A stretch of DNA of 24,000 nt from an uncultured Alphaproteobacteria bacterium (lineage in GTDB: Bacteria; Pseudomonadota; Alphaproteobacteria; Rhizobiales; Xanthobacteraceae), in contig CAVWUJ010000003.1 of assembly GCA_963758225.1 (NCBI GenBank), positions 181,074 to 205,073 of the forward strand. Reading direction: 5' to 3'. Position numbers and translations under genes: made by a program. The notes below the pieces were generated by a model. The model had not been told where the DNA came from. It ran no database searches and worked only from the letters and a program-made list of their open reading frames with translations. Shown piece by piece: positions 16,612-24,000 of the stretch; the first letter of the stretch is position 1; each line of letters begins with the position of its first letter.

Positions 16612-16896
16612 ATGCGGCTTGCGATGTTCATGTCGCGGAGACGTCGATGTCCCGCGCTGAGACAGAGGCCGCCGATGCTTGCGAAGGATTTACCATGTTC
16701 GGGCCGCGCGCTGGTTCCGCTGACCCGGGAGCCGGTCCGCGTGCAAACGGTCCGGGCGCCGACGCGACCGGCGGCGTTTCTCGCGCATCTCATTGCAGCC
16801 GCGAAGCAGGTGCCGCAGGCGCGCGAGCGACGGCGCGCCGATCCGGCCGAGGCGATTGCCGCCTATCAGGCGATGGTTCGGATTTCGTCGCGCTGA
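16612..16896 (+). CDS. Small hypothetical protein (at most 94 aa; start uncertain)
   Basis: The third codon position is GC-rich, as in coding sequence. The C-terminal segment AAFLAHLIAAAKQVPQARERRRADPAEAIAAYQAM resembles a small conserved Rhizobiales hypothetical family that I recall only loosely. Possible starts are ATG 16612, 16624, 16630 and 16675, or the in-frame GTG (VQTVRAP) about 9 nt after GGGAG. Confidence 0.4.
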   Translation: MRLAMFMSRRRRCPALRQRPPMLAKDLPCSGRALVPLTREPVRVQTVRAPTRPAAFLAHLIAAAKQVPQARERRRADPAEAIAAYQAMVRISSR

Positions 16897-16929
16897 ACGG
16901 CGAATGAAGCGGCCTCGCGCCGCAACCGG

Positions 16930-18513
16930 TCAGTAACCAAGCGCGCAACCGTCCTTGCGCGGATCGGAGCCGCCGATCAGCACGCCCCGCGTCCAGTCGA
17001 TCCCGATCGCCTGCGCCCCACCCCAGGGTGCAGGCTCGACCTGCACCGTATGTCCCCGCGCCCGCAGCCCCTCGACCGTGCCGGGGGAAATGCCGCGCTC
17101 CACCAGAGTCGTGTCGCCGTCATAGAATGCACGCGGCGCGTCGATCGCCGCCTGCACGTCCATGCCGTAGTCGACCAGGTTCAGCACCATCTGCGCATGG
17201 CCCATCGGCTGATAGTGCGCGCCCATCACCCCGAACGACAGCGCGCAGCGGCCGTCGCGCAGGCCGAGCGCCGGGATGATCGTGTGCATCGGCCGCTTGT
17301 TCGGGCCGAGCGCGTTGGGATGCGCGGGATCGAGCCGGAAGCCCGAGGCGCGGTTGTTGAACAGCACGCCGGTGCGCTCGCTGCAGATGCCGGAGCCGAA
17401 CGCCGAGAACAGCGAGTTGATGAACGACACCGCGCGCCGGTCGCGGTCCACCACCGTGAGATAGACCGTGTCGCCTCCCGGCACCGGCTGCGTCGGAAGC
17501 GAGGCCCGCCGCGCCGGATCGATATGCGCGGCGAGCTTTCGGGCGAACGCCTTGTCGATCAGATCGGCGGCCGCCACGCGCATGTGCGACGGTTCGGCGA
17601 CGTGCGTGTCGCGCACCGCAAACGCGAGCCGCGCGGCCTCGAGCTGGAGATGGAAGCGCTGCGCGCCGAGCGGATCGAGCGACGCAAGATCGAAGCCTTC
17701 GAGAATGTTGAGCAGCACCAGAGCGGTGAGCCCCTGCCCGTTCGGCGGCAGTTCCACGAGATCCAGACCGCGATAGTTGCTCGACAGGGGAACCTGCGCC
17801 TCGCCGCGGTGCGCGGCGAAGTCGTCGAGCGACAGCACCGAGCCCTGGGCGTTCAGCGTCGCCACCATATCCGCGGCGATCGCGCCCTCGTAGAACGCGC
17901 GCGGGCCGTTCGCCGCAATCGCCTTCAGCGTGTCCGCCAGCGCGGGCAGACGCACGATGTCGCCTTCGGCCGGCGCGCGGCCGCCCGGAAGATAGTGCCG
18001 CGTCGCGCCGGCGCTGTTGCCGAGCTTGGCGACCTGCCGGCTCCAGTCGAACGCGACGCGCGCCGCGACCGGAAAGCCGTGCTCGGCGTAACGGATCGCC
18101 GGCTGCAGCGCGCGATCCAGCGTCCAGGTGCCCTGCGCGGTCAGGATCGCGTCCCAGGCTTCGATCGCGCCCGGCACGTTGACGGCGTGGGGCGATGTCG
18201 CCTCGATGCCGCTCATCCCCTGCGCGATGAGCGTATCGACCGACGCCTTTGCGCCGGCGCGGCCGCACCCGTTGTAGCCCCACACCGGCTTGCCGGGCTC
18301 CGACACCAGCGCGAAGCAATCGCCGCCGATGCCGGTCATCGCCGGCTCCACGACGCACAGCACGGCGACCGCCGCCACCGCCGCATCGACGGCGTTGCCG
18401 CCGGCGCGCAGCGTCTCGATCGCGGTCAGCGTGGCGAGCGGATGCGAGGTCGCGGCCATCGCCTCGGAGGCAACGACCGGCGAGCGGCCGGGGAAATGGA
18501 AGTCGCGGGGCAT
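16930..18513 (-). CDS. ggt: Gamma-glutamyltransferase family protein (Ntn hydrolase) with no obvious signal peptide
   Basis: 527 aa with the GGT blocks ATSHPLAT, GGNAVDAAVA, EPAMTGIGGDCFALV, the autoprocessing/nucleophile site GGDTVYLTVVD, and NKRPMHTIIP. The N-terminus MPRDFHFPGRSPVV lacks a hydrophobic signal segment. Confidence 0.88.
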   Translation of the reverse strand: MPRDFHFPGRSPVVASEAMAATSHPLATLTAIETLRAGGNAVDAAVAAVAVLCVVEPAMTGIGGDCFALVSEPGKPVWGYNGCGRAGAKASVDTLIAQGMSGIEATSPHAVNVPGAIEAWDAILTAQGTWTLDRALQPAIRYAEHGFPVAARVAFDWSRQVAKLGNSAGATRHYLPGGRAPAEGDIVRLPALADTLKAIAANGPRAFYEGAIAADMVATLNAQGSVLSLDDFAAHRGEAQVPLSSNYRGLDLVELPPNGQGLTALVLLNILEGFDLASLDPLGAQRFHLQLEAARLAFAVRDTHVAEPSHMRVAAADLIDKAFARKLAAHIDPARRASLPTQPVPGGDTVYLTVVDRDRRAVSFINSLFSAFGSGICSERTGVLFNNRASGFRLDPAHPNALGPNKRPMHTIIPALGLRDGRCALSFGVMGAHYQPMGHAQMVLNLVDYGMDVQAAIDAPRAFYDGDTTLVERGISPGTVEGLRARGHTVQVEPAPWGGAQAIGIDWTRGVLIGGSDPRKDGCALGY

Positions 18514-18547
18514 CGGACCGTTCGCCCTTCAGCGATGGCGCAACGGT

Positions 18548-18964
18548 TTACGAAGCGACGCCTTCGAACTTCTCGATGCTGAAATCGCGCTGCGAGGTGC
18601 GAAGCGTCACGATCAGGCCCGCGACCACGTCCACGATTCCGATCAGCATCAGGATGAAGAAGGTCGAGGTGCCGGCCTGCCGCACCAGCAGGAACTCGAT
18701 CAGCATCACGATGAACAGCGTCAGCGACAGGACATGATCGACGATCGAGCGCATGCCGATCCGCGTCGCCTTGAGGATTTCCAGCGGCAGCAAGGCGATG
18801 GCGAGCGCCAGCAGCAGATCCTGCGGCGTCATGGTCCAAGCCTGCCCGGAGATCAGGTTGAAACTGGCGATGCTGTCGGTCCAGTTCACGCCCGGCGTCA
18901 GGAACGCGATCATGTTGTAGATCGCGAACGGGATCAGCAGCAGCGGGAATCCGATCAGGTACAT
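18548..18964 (-). CDS. Small integral membrane protein of unknown function (about 4 predicted TM segments)
   Basis: 138 aa from ATG 18964, preceded by a strong GAGGAGG RBS. It has hydrophobic segments (MYLIGFPLLLIPFAIYNMIAF, LLLALAIALLPL, LSLTLFIVMLIEFLL, FFILMLIGIVDVVAGLIV). The 50-aa N-terminal extension in the track ORF (to 19114) is a translation of repeat elements. Confidence 0.75.
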   Translation of the reverse strand: MYLIGFPLLLIPFAIYNMIAFLTPGVNWTDSIASFNLISGQAWTMTPQDLLLALAIALLPLEILKATRIGMRSIVDHVLSLTLFIVMLIEFLLVRQAGTSTFFILMLIGIVDVVAGLIVTLRTSQRDFSIEKFEGVAS

Positions 18965-18992
18965 CGCCGGGCCTCCTCGAGTCGTGACGATC

Positions 18993-19060
18993 CTAGAGCG
19001 TTTTCGAGCGAAGTGGGTACCGGCTCGCGTGAAGAACACCACAAAACGAACGGCCGGAGC
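18993..19060 (+). repeat. Family A element, truncated copy
   Basis: ctagagcgttttcgagcgaagtgggtaccggctcgcgtgaagaacaccacaaaacgaacggccggagc aligns with 5383-5450. The right-hand hairpin and terminal repeat are missing, and a family C hairpin follows. Confidence 0.65.
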
Positions 19061-19085
19061 GACGCGCGCAGCGCCCCAAACGCAG

Positions 19086-19108
19086 ATGGCCGGGGCAAGC
19101 CCGGCCAT
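19086..19108. repeat. Family C single hairpin directly downstream of rpmF (possible terminator)
   Basis: atggccggg-gcaag-cccggccat: a 7-bp GC stem plus flanking at/at pairs. It lies 20 nt past the rpmF stop on the minus strand. Confidence 0.65.
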
Positions 19109-19127
19109 CGCCAAATCTTCGAAACGC

Positions 19128-19313
19128 TCAGGCCTCGGTCTTCGACTTGAGGACCGCTCGGCCCTTGTACATGCCGGTCTTGAGGTCGATGTGATGCGGA
19201 CGGCGGTTCTCGCCCGAATCCTTGTCCTCGATATAGGACGGCTGCTTGAGGGCGTCGGCCGAGCGGCGCATGCCGCGCCGGGACGGCGAGGTCTTTTTCT
19301 TTGGCACGGCCAT
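19128..19313 (-). CDS. rpmF: 50S ribosomal protein L32
   Basis: 61 aa. [22 protein letters not shown]...HH matches the L32 N-terminal signature (E. coli: [22 protein letters not shown]). An AGGAGA RBS lies upstream. Confidence 0.95.
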   Translation of the reverse strand: MAVPKKKTSPSRRGMRRSADALKQPSYIEDKDSGENRRPHHIDLKTGMYKGRAVLKSKTEA

Positions 19314-19429
19314 GTGGCGATCTCCTGTAACGACGGCGCCCGCGAAGGGCTGCCGGACGGCCAAAACCTTTGGCAAAACCTATGGGAAGCCGGGCTTATA
19401 GAGGAAGGCAGCCGGCAGCGCCAGTGGTT

Positions 19430-20143
19430 TCAGCCCGCCCGGATGCAGGCATCGACCGGGCCGGAACCGGCGGCGCGGGACTGCAGCCGGGCCGCGATCC
19501 GGCGCACGGCCGGGCCCGGCGTCCGGGCGTTGCGGCGGACCGGATTGGGCAGGACCGCCGCCATCAGCGCGGCCTCGCCGGCCGAGAGCTTTGCCGCCGG
19601 CTTGCCGAAGGCGCGCTGCGCGCCGGCCTCCGCGCCAAACTGGCCGCGCGGACCCCATTCGGCGACATTCAGGTAAATCTCCAGAATCCGCCGTTTCGGC
19701 AGAACCAGATCCATCCAGAGCGCCAGCGGCGCCTCCAGCGCCTTGCGCACGAAGCTGCGGCCCGGCCACAGGAACAGGTTCTTGACCACCTGCTGGGTGA
19801 TGGTGGACCCTCCGCGAACCTCCGAGAGGTCGTCGGCATCGTCGATCGCCGCCTGGATCTCGGTCCAGTCGATGCCGGAATGGGTGCAGAACCGCGCATC
19901 CTCGGACGCGATCACGGTGCGCGCCAGCACCGGGGCGATCCGCTCCAAGGGCACCCAGGTCTGCTCGACCGGCGCGCCGCGCAGCTTGCGCCACAGGATC
20001 AGGGTCGAACCCGGATCGACCACCCGGTAGAGCGGCGTCAGGACGTAGGGCAAAAGCAGAATCGCGAGCACGGCCAGCACGATGCTGCGCACAATGCGGG
20101 GCAGGGAGCGGCGCGCGGGAGGGGCGGCTTCGGCGCTTGTCAT
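19430..20143 (-). CDS. mtgA: Monofunctional biosynthetic peptidoglycan transglycosylase (GT51)
   Basis: 237 aa from ATG 20143, with an N-terminal TM anchor ([19 protein letters not shown]). It has the GT51 motifs [40 protein letters not shown] and [12 protein letters not shown]. Confidence 0.9.
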   Translation of the reverse strand: MTSAEAAPPARRSLPRIVRSIVLAVLAILLLPYVLTPLYRVVDPGSTLILWRKLRGAPVEQTWVPLERIAPVLARTVIASEDARFCTHSGIDWTEIQAAIDDADDLSEVRGGSTITQQVVKNLFLWPGRSFVRKALEAPLALWMDLVLPKRRILEIYLNVAEWGPRGQFGAEAGAQRAFGKPAAKLSAGEAALMAAVLPNPVRRNARTPGPAVRRIAARLQSRAAGSGPVDACIRAG

Positions 20144-20171
20144 GGCGCGCCAGTTAAGCACAAATCCTGCC

Positions 20172-21125
20172 ATGCCGAACGCCGCCCTTCCATCCACCGC
20201 GTCCGACGACGGCTTCGCCGCTCGCCTCGCGGCAGCCGCGGACGAAACCGAACGTCTGCTCGATGCGCTGCTGGCGCCCGCGACCGCCCCCGGCGAGATC
20301 GCGCGGCCGATGCGGCTTGTGGAGGCGATGCGATACGCCGCGCTCGGCGGCGGCAAGCGGCTGCGGCCGTTTCTCGCCGTCGAGAGCGCGGCGCTGTTCG
20401 GCGTGCCGCGCGAGCGGGCGCTGATGGCGGGGGCCGCGATCGAATGCGTGCACTGCTATTCGCTGGTGCACGACGACCTGCCGGCGATGGACGACGACCG
20501 GCTGCGGCGCGGCCGCCCGACCCTGCATGTGGCGACCGACGAAGCCACCGCGATTCTCGCCGGCGACAGCCTGCTGACCTTCGCCTTCGACGTGCTGGGA
20601 CGCCCCGAGACCCATCCCGATCCCGGTGTGCGGATCGCGCTGGTGACGGGGCTCGCGCGCGCCTCGGGCCTCGGCGGCATGACCGGCGGGCAGATGCTCG
20701 ACCTCGCCGCCGAAGGCCGTTTCGGCAACGGTCACGCGCCGCAGAGCGACGACGACGTGCTGACCATGCAGGCGATGAAGACCGGCGCGATCATCCGCTT
20801 CGCCTGCGAGGCCGGCGCGATCCTCGGCGGGGCCGCACCGGCGCAGCGCGAGACGCTCGCGCGCTACGGCCACGCGCTCGGCCAGGCGTTCCAGATCGCC
20901 GACGATCTGCTGGATCTCGACGGGGACGCGGCCACGCTCGGCAAGGCCACCGGCAAGGACGCGGCGCAGGGCAAGGCGACGCTCGCCGCGCGGCTTGGCC
21001 GCGACGGCGCGCGCGCACGGCTCGCGGCGTTGGTGCGGGAGGCGGAGACGGCGCTTGCGCCGTTCGGCCTGGCGGCGACGGCGCTCACCGATGCGGCGCG
21101 CTTCGTGGCGGAGCGCAAGGCGTGA
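20172..21125 (+). CDS. ispA: (2E,6E)-farnesyl diphosphate synthase / polyprenyl synthetase
   Basis: It has GGKRLRP, the first Asp-rich motif [23 protein letters not shown] (Tyr at position -5, as in E. coli IspA) and the second motif FQIADDLLD. The start is ATG 20172 (MPNAALPS). An in-frame ATG at 20142 would overlap the mtgA start codon. Confidence 0.88.
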   Translation: MPNAALPSTASDDGFAARLAAAADETERLLDALLAPATAPGEIARPMRLVEAMRYAALGGGKRLRPFLAVESAALFGVPRERALMAGAAIECVHCYSLVHDDLPAMDDDRLRRGRPTLHVATDEATAILAGDSLLTFAFDVLGRPETHPDPGVRIALVTGLARASGLGGMTGGQMLDLAAEGRFGNGHAPQSDDDVLTMQAMKTGAIIRFACEAGAILGGAAPAQRETLARYGHALGQAFQIADDLLDLDGDAATLGKATGKDAAQGKATLAARLGRDGARARLAALVREAETALAPFGLAATALTDAARFVAERKA

Positions 21126-21154
21126 GGCCGACCGAGGTCCGACCAGCGCAACGG

Positions 21155-21179
21155 CACCGTAATGACATTGTCATTACGG
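21155..21179. promoter_or_regulatory. Perfect palindrome upstream of the TA operon; candidate antitoxin operator
   Basis: accgtaatgaca-t-tgtcattacggt: 12-bp arms around a single central base. It ends 35 nt upstream of the antitoxin ATG and is unusually AT-rich for this window. Confidence 0.5.
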
Positions 21180-21213
21180 TATGCTACGATGGCGGCGTTG
21201 GCTGGAGAATGGC

Positions 21214-21489
21214 ATGACCACGGTCCGCACGCGGCGTGAAACCCTGAACCTGCGGATCGGCCGCGACGAGCGCGGCCTGATCGACCGTGCCGCCAAAAGT
21301 CTGGGCAAGACCCGCACCGACTTCGTGCTGGAGGCGGCGCGCCGGGCGGCGGAAGAGACCCTGCTCGAGAAGACCATGTTGCACGTCAGCCCGAAGGCGT
21401 TCGCAGCCTTTCTCGAACGGCTCGATGCGCCGCCGCGCCGCAGCCCGCGGCTGGCCCAGACCATGAAGACCCCGGCGCCGTGGGATTGA
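21214..21489 (+). CDS. DUF1778 (TacA/KacA-like, ribbon-helix-helix) type II antitoxin
   Basis: 91 aa with a GGAG RBS 6 nt upstream. The sequence ETLNLRIGRDERGLIDRAAKSLGKTRTDFVLEAARRAAEETLLE...AFAAFLERLDAPP is typical of DUF1778. The stop lies 1 nt before the GNAT gene start. Confidence 0.85.
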   Translation: MTTVRTRRETLNLRIGRDERGLIDRAAKSLGKTRTDFVLEAARRAAEETLLEKTMLHVSPKAFAAFLERLDAPPRRSPRLAQTMKTPAPWD

Positions 21490-21490
21490 C

Positions 21491-21988
21491 GTGACGCTTC
21501 GCGCTCCTGCGGCTCTCGCGGCGCATGACGCGCTTTCCGAATTCGATTCCGGCGTGCCGTCGCTCGACCAATGGCTGAAGCGCCGCGCTCTGCAAAATCA
21601 GGCAAGCGGCGCATCGCGAACCTATGTGGTCCGCGACGACAATCGGGTGGTCGGCTACTACGCGCTGGCGTCGGGCGCGGTGGCGATCGACGCTGCGTCC
21701 GGCCGGTTTCGCCGCAACATGCCCGATCCTGTTCCAGTCGTGATGCTCGCGAGACTGGCGCTGGACCGCAGCGTGCAGGGCCGGGGGCTGGGGCGGATGC
21801 TTGTGCGCGACGCCGGCCTGCGCGTGCTTCACGCCGCCGACACGATCGGCATTCGCGGCCTGCTGGTTCACGCGCTCTCGGACGAAGCCCTCGCGTTTTA
21901 TCTCGCGACCGGATTTGAGCCGTCGCCGCTCGATCCGATGACGTTGATGGTGACGCTGTCCGACCTGCGCCGGGCCTGCGAAGACTGA
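21491..21988 (+). CDS. GNAT-family acetyltransferase toxin (TacT/KacT/AtaT-like)
   Basis: 165 aa with a GTG start. It has FDSGVPSLDQWLKRRALQNQASGASRTYVV, VVGYYALASGAV, RNMPDPVPVVMLARLALD and the acetyl-CoA motif QGRGLG. It is tightly coupled to the DUF1778 gene. Confidence 0.85.
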   Translation: MTLRAPAALAAHDALSEFDSGVPSLDQWLKRRALQNQASGASRTYVVRDDNRVVGYYALASGAVAIDAASGRFRRNMPDPVPVVMLARLALDRSVQGRGLGRMLVRDAGLRVLHAADTIGIRGLLVHALSDEALAFYLATGFEPSPLDPMTLMVTLSDLRRACED

Positions 21989-22021
21989 GCTAGGGCCTGA
22001 CCCAACTGCGTTAAATCGGGC

Positions 22022-22090
22022 CCGTCGCCGATCTTCATGTTCGAGCATGACCTTGCCCGAAAACCGGTTCCCACTTTCGGGATCATGCTC
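22022..22090. repeat. Palindromic intergenic element, family B, copy 2
   Basis: ccgtcgccgatcttcatgttcgagcatgaccttgcccgaaaaccggttcccactttcgggatcatgctc. It has outer arms gagcatgacc / gggatcatgctc and an inner stem ccgaaa / tttcgg. It sits between convergent gene ends, and its last base is the first base of the stop-codon triplet (22090-22092) of the minus-strand gene. Confidence 0.7.
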
Positions 22091-22440
22091 TAACGCGAAG
22101 CCCACCACGCGCGCAGCGAGGCAAGGCGGCGGCGAAACGCGCCCGACACCAGCGCCAGCACGACGCCGATCACCAGGAGCGGCACCCAGATCAGCACCAG
22201 GCCGGCAAGCAGCAGCAGGACCAGCGCCGCGATCACGCCGGTGGCCAGCAAGCCCAAGAGGATGGTCGGCCAGCCCGGCCGGGCGACGAACACGCGGCGG
22301 ACGCCGTCGCGCTCGTCGAAGCGGAAGAACACGCCCTCCGGCCCCGAACGGCCGCGGCCGTCGCGATCCGGCGGGATGATCTCCGGCTCGACGCGGGGCT
22401 GCTCCGGGCCGCGGTCCGGGGTGCGGGAATCGTGGGTCAT
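22090..22440 (-). CDS. Small hypothetical membrane protein (charged, Pro/Arg-rich N-terminus plus two hydrophobic segments)
   Basis: 116 aa with a GC-rich third codon position. The hydrophobic stretch is WPTILLGLLATGVIAALVLLLLAGLVLIWVPLLVIGVVLALV. There is no clear SD sequence. Confidence 0.6.
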   Translation of the reverse strand: MTHDSRTPDRGPEQPRVEPEIIPPDRDGRGRSGPEGVFFRFDERDGVRRVFVARPGWPTILLGLLATGVIAALVLLLLAGLVLIWVPLLVIGVVLALVSGAFRRRLASLRAWWASR

Positions 22441-22539
22441 GCAGGCAATGTGGGCGGTGCGGGCGTCACGGGCAATGGGGCGGTTCGCGATCAGCCACCA
22501 GACGGATTGTGCGGACGCCGGACACCTTCGCCCCGCGCC

Positions 22540-23808
22540 CTACTCCGCCGCCCGAGCGCCCGGCCCGTACCGCCGTTCGATGTAATCGATCACCATCTGC
22601 TTGAAGTCCGCCGCGAGCGTCGGCCCGCGCAGCGTCGCGGCCTTCCTGCCATCGACGAACACCGGCGCGGTCGGCTGCTCGCCGGTGCCGGGCAGCGAGA
22701 TGCCGATGTCGGCGTGCTTGCTCTCGCCCGGCCCGTTGACGATGCAGCCCATCACCGCGACGTTAAGTCCCTCGACGCCGGGATAGCGCGTCTTCCACTC
22801 CGGCATCGAGGCGTGGATGAAGCCCTGGATGTCCTGCGCCAGTTCCTGAAACGTCGTCGAGGTGGTACGGCCGCAGCCGGGGCAGGCCGCGACCAACGGC
22901 ACGAAGGTGCGAAAGCCCATCGTCTGCAACAACTCCTGCGCGACCTTCACCTCGAGCGTGCGGTCGCCGTTGGGTTCCGGCGTCAGCGAGACGCGCACGG
23001 TGTCGCCGATGCCCTGCTGCAGCAGCACGCCCATCGCGGCCGACGACGCGACGATGCCCTTCGAGCCCATGCCGGCCTCGGTCAGCCCGAGATGGATCGC
23101 GTAGTCGGAGCGGCGCGAGAGCTCCGCGTAGACCTCGATCAGATCCTGCACCGCCGAGACCTTCGCCGACAGGATAATGCGGTTGCGCGGCAGGCCGATT
23201 TCCTCGGCGCGAGCGGCTGACAGCAGCGCCGACTGCACCATGGCCTCGCGCGTCACCTCGCGCGCGTCCTTCGGCGCACTGGAGCGGCTGTTCAGGTCCA
23301 TCAGGTGCGTCAGCAATTCCTGATCGAGTGAGCCCCAGTTCGCGCCGATGCGCACCGGCTTGCCGTATCTGATCGCCATCTCGACGATGGCGGAGAACTG
23401 GCGGTCCTTCTTGTCCTTGAAGCCGACGTTGCCGGGGTTGATGCGGTACTTGTCGAGCGCCTGCGCGCAGGCCGGATGATCGGCCAGCAGCTTGTGGCCG
23501 ATGTAGTGAAAGTCGCCGACGATCGGCACGCCGACGCCGATCCGCAGCAGCCGCTCCTTGATCTTCGGCACCGCCGCCGCGGCCTCGTCGCGGTCCACCG
23601 TGATGCGCACGATCTCCGAGCCGGCATGGGCCAGCGCCGCGACCTGCCGCACGGTCGCGTCGACATCCGCCGTGTCGGTGTTGGTCATCGACTGCACGAC
23701 GATCGGCGCGCCGCCGCCGACGGTCACGCCGCCGACGTCCACCGGCACGGTGAGCCGGCGGGGCTTGAGCGCGGTTTCGAGCGTCGCGGGGTTCGAGTTT
23801 GCCGTCAT
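22540..23808 (-). CDS. ispG: 4-hydroxy-3-methylbut-2-en-1-yl diphosphate synthase (MEP pathway)
   Basis: 422 aa from ATG 23808. It has the IspG/GcpE blocks [46 protein letters not shown] and [25 protein letters not shown]. The track ORF extends to a TTG at 23871. Confidence 0.93.
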   Translation of the reverse strand: MTANSNPATLETALKPRRLTVPVDVGGVTVGGGAPIVVQSMTNTDTADVDATVRQVAALAHAGSEIVRITVDRDEAAAAVPKIKERLLRIGVGVPIVGDFHYIGHKLLADHPACAQALDKYRINPGNVGFKDKKDRQFSAIVEMAIRYGKPVRIGANWGSLDQELLTHLMDLNSRSSAPKDAREVTREAMVQSALLSAARAEEIGLPRNRIILSAKVSAVQDLIEVYAELSRRSDYAIHLGLTEAGMGSKGIVASSAAMGVLLQQGIGDTVRVSLTPEPNGDRTLEVKVAQELLQTMGFRTFVPLVAACPGCGRTTSTTFQELAQDIQGFIHASMPEWKTRYPGVEGLNVAVMGCIVNGPGESKHADIGISLPGTGEQPTAPVFVDGRKAATLRGPTLAADFKQMVIDYIERRYGPGARAAE

Positions 23809-23947
23809 GCCCACAATATAGCGTGATGACGGCGACAACTCACGCCCGCCGGATCGCCTGTGTCGTGGCAAGGCTGTTTCCGGCCTTTTCTCTTGCTCGG
23901 GTTTCCCGCTTTCCGGGCTCCTTGGACGGCAACACTGCGCTCTCCGT

Positions 23948-23974
23948 CACCTCCCCCCCTGCAAGAGGGAGGTG
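23948..23974. repeat. GGGAGG-type REP hairpin related to family D
   Basis: cacctccc-(11 nt)-gggaggtg: an 8-bp stem near the window edge. Confidence 0.55.
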
Positions 23975-24000
23975 GACCGCGCAGCGGTCGGGTGGGGGTC

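Noticed and set aside
21126-22440. A genomic island or mobile element carrying the TA module.
   Set aside because: There is no integrase, transposase, tRNA attachment site or flanking direct repeats, and the composition looks like that of the neighbouring genes. Only a single TA cassette and a REP element are present.

Overview
The window is very GC-rich (by eye, not computed) and gene-dense, and it reads as core chromosome of an alphaproteobacterium. A Bradyrhizobiaceae-like origin is an inference from protein signatures and from the intergenic repeat families. I support 25 protein-coding genes. In order: the 3' end of a ModE-type regulator and modABC (molybdate uptake); an orphan periplasmic binding protein; the EF-P beta-lysylation module efp, epmA and epmB, which is interrupted by a repeat element and an orphan Bug/TctC binding protein and followed by a DUF985 cupin; a ~1020-aa autotransporter; phaB-phaA with divergent phaR (PHB metabolism); a PAS/degenerate-GGDEF/EAL c-di-GMP protein; a small conserved-looking ORF; a signal-peptide-less gamma-glutamyltransferase; a small membrane protein; rpmF; mtgA; ispA; a DUF1778/GNAT (TacA/TacT-type) toxin-antitoxin pair with a palindromic operator; another small membrane protein; and ispG. 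I found no rRNA, tRNA, CRISPR array, transposase or integrase. Intergenic DNA is dominated by at least four families of short palindromic (REP/MITE-like) repeats, often at convergent gene ends. I do not see a clear multi-gene novel system. The most checkable leads are: (a) the DUF985 cupin apparently translationally coupled to epmB in a locus without epmC; (b) the TA module and its operator; (c) the repeat families that overlap stop codons; (d) a molybdate locus where both ModE and ModC lack molbindin domains; and (e) the autotransporter with a possible lipobox. All homology calls come from motif recognition by eye, with no database search.
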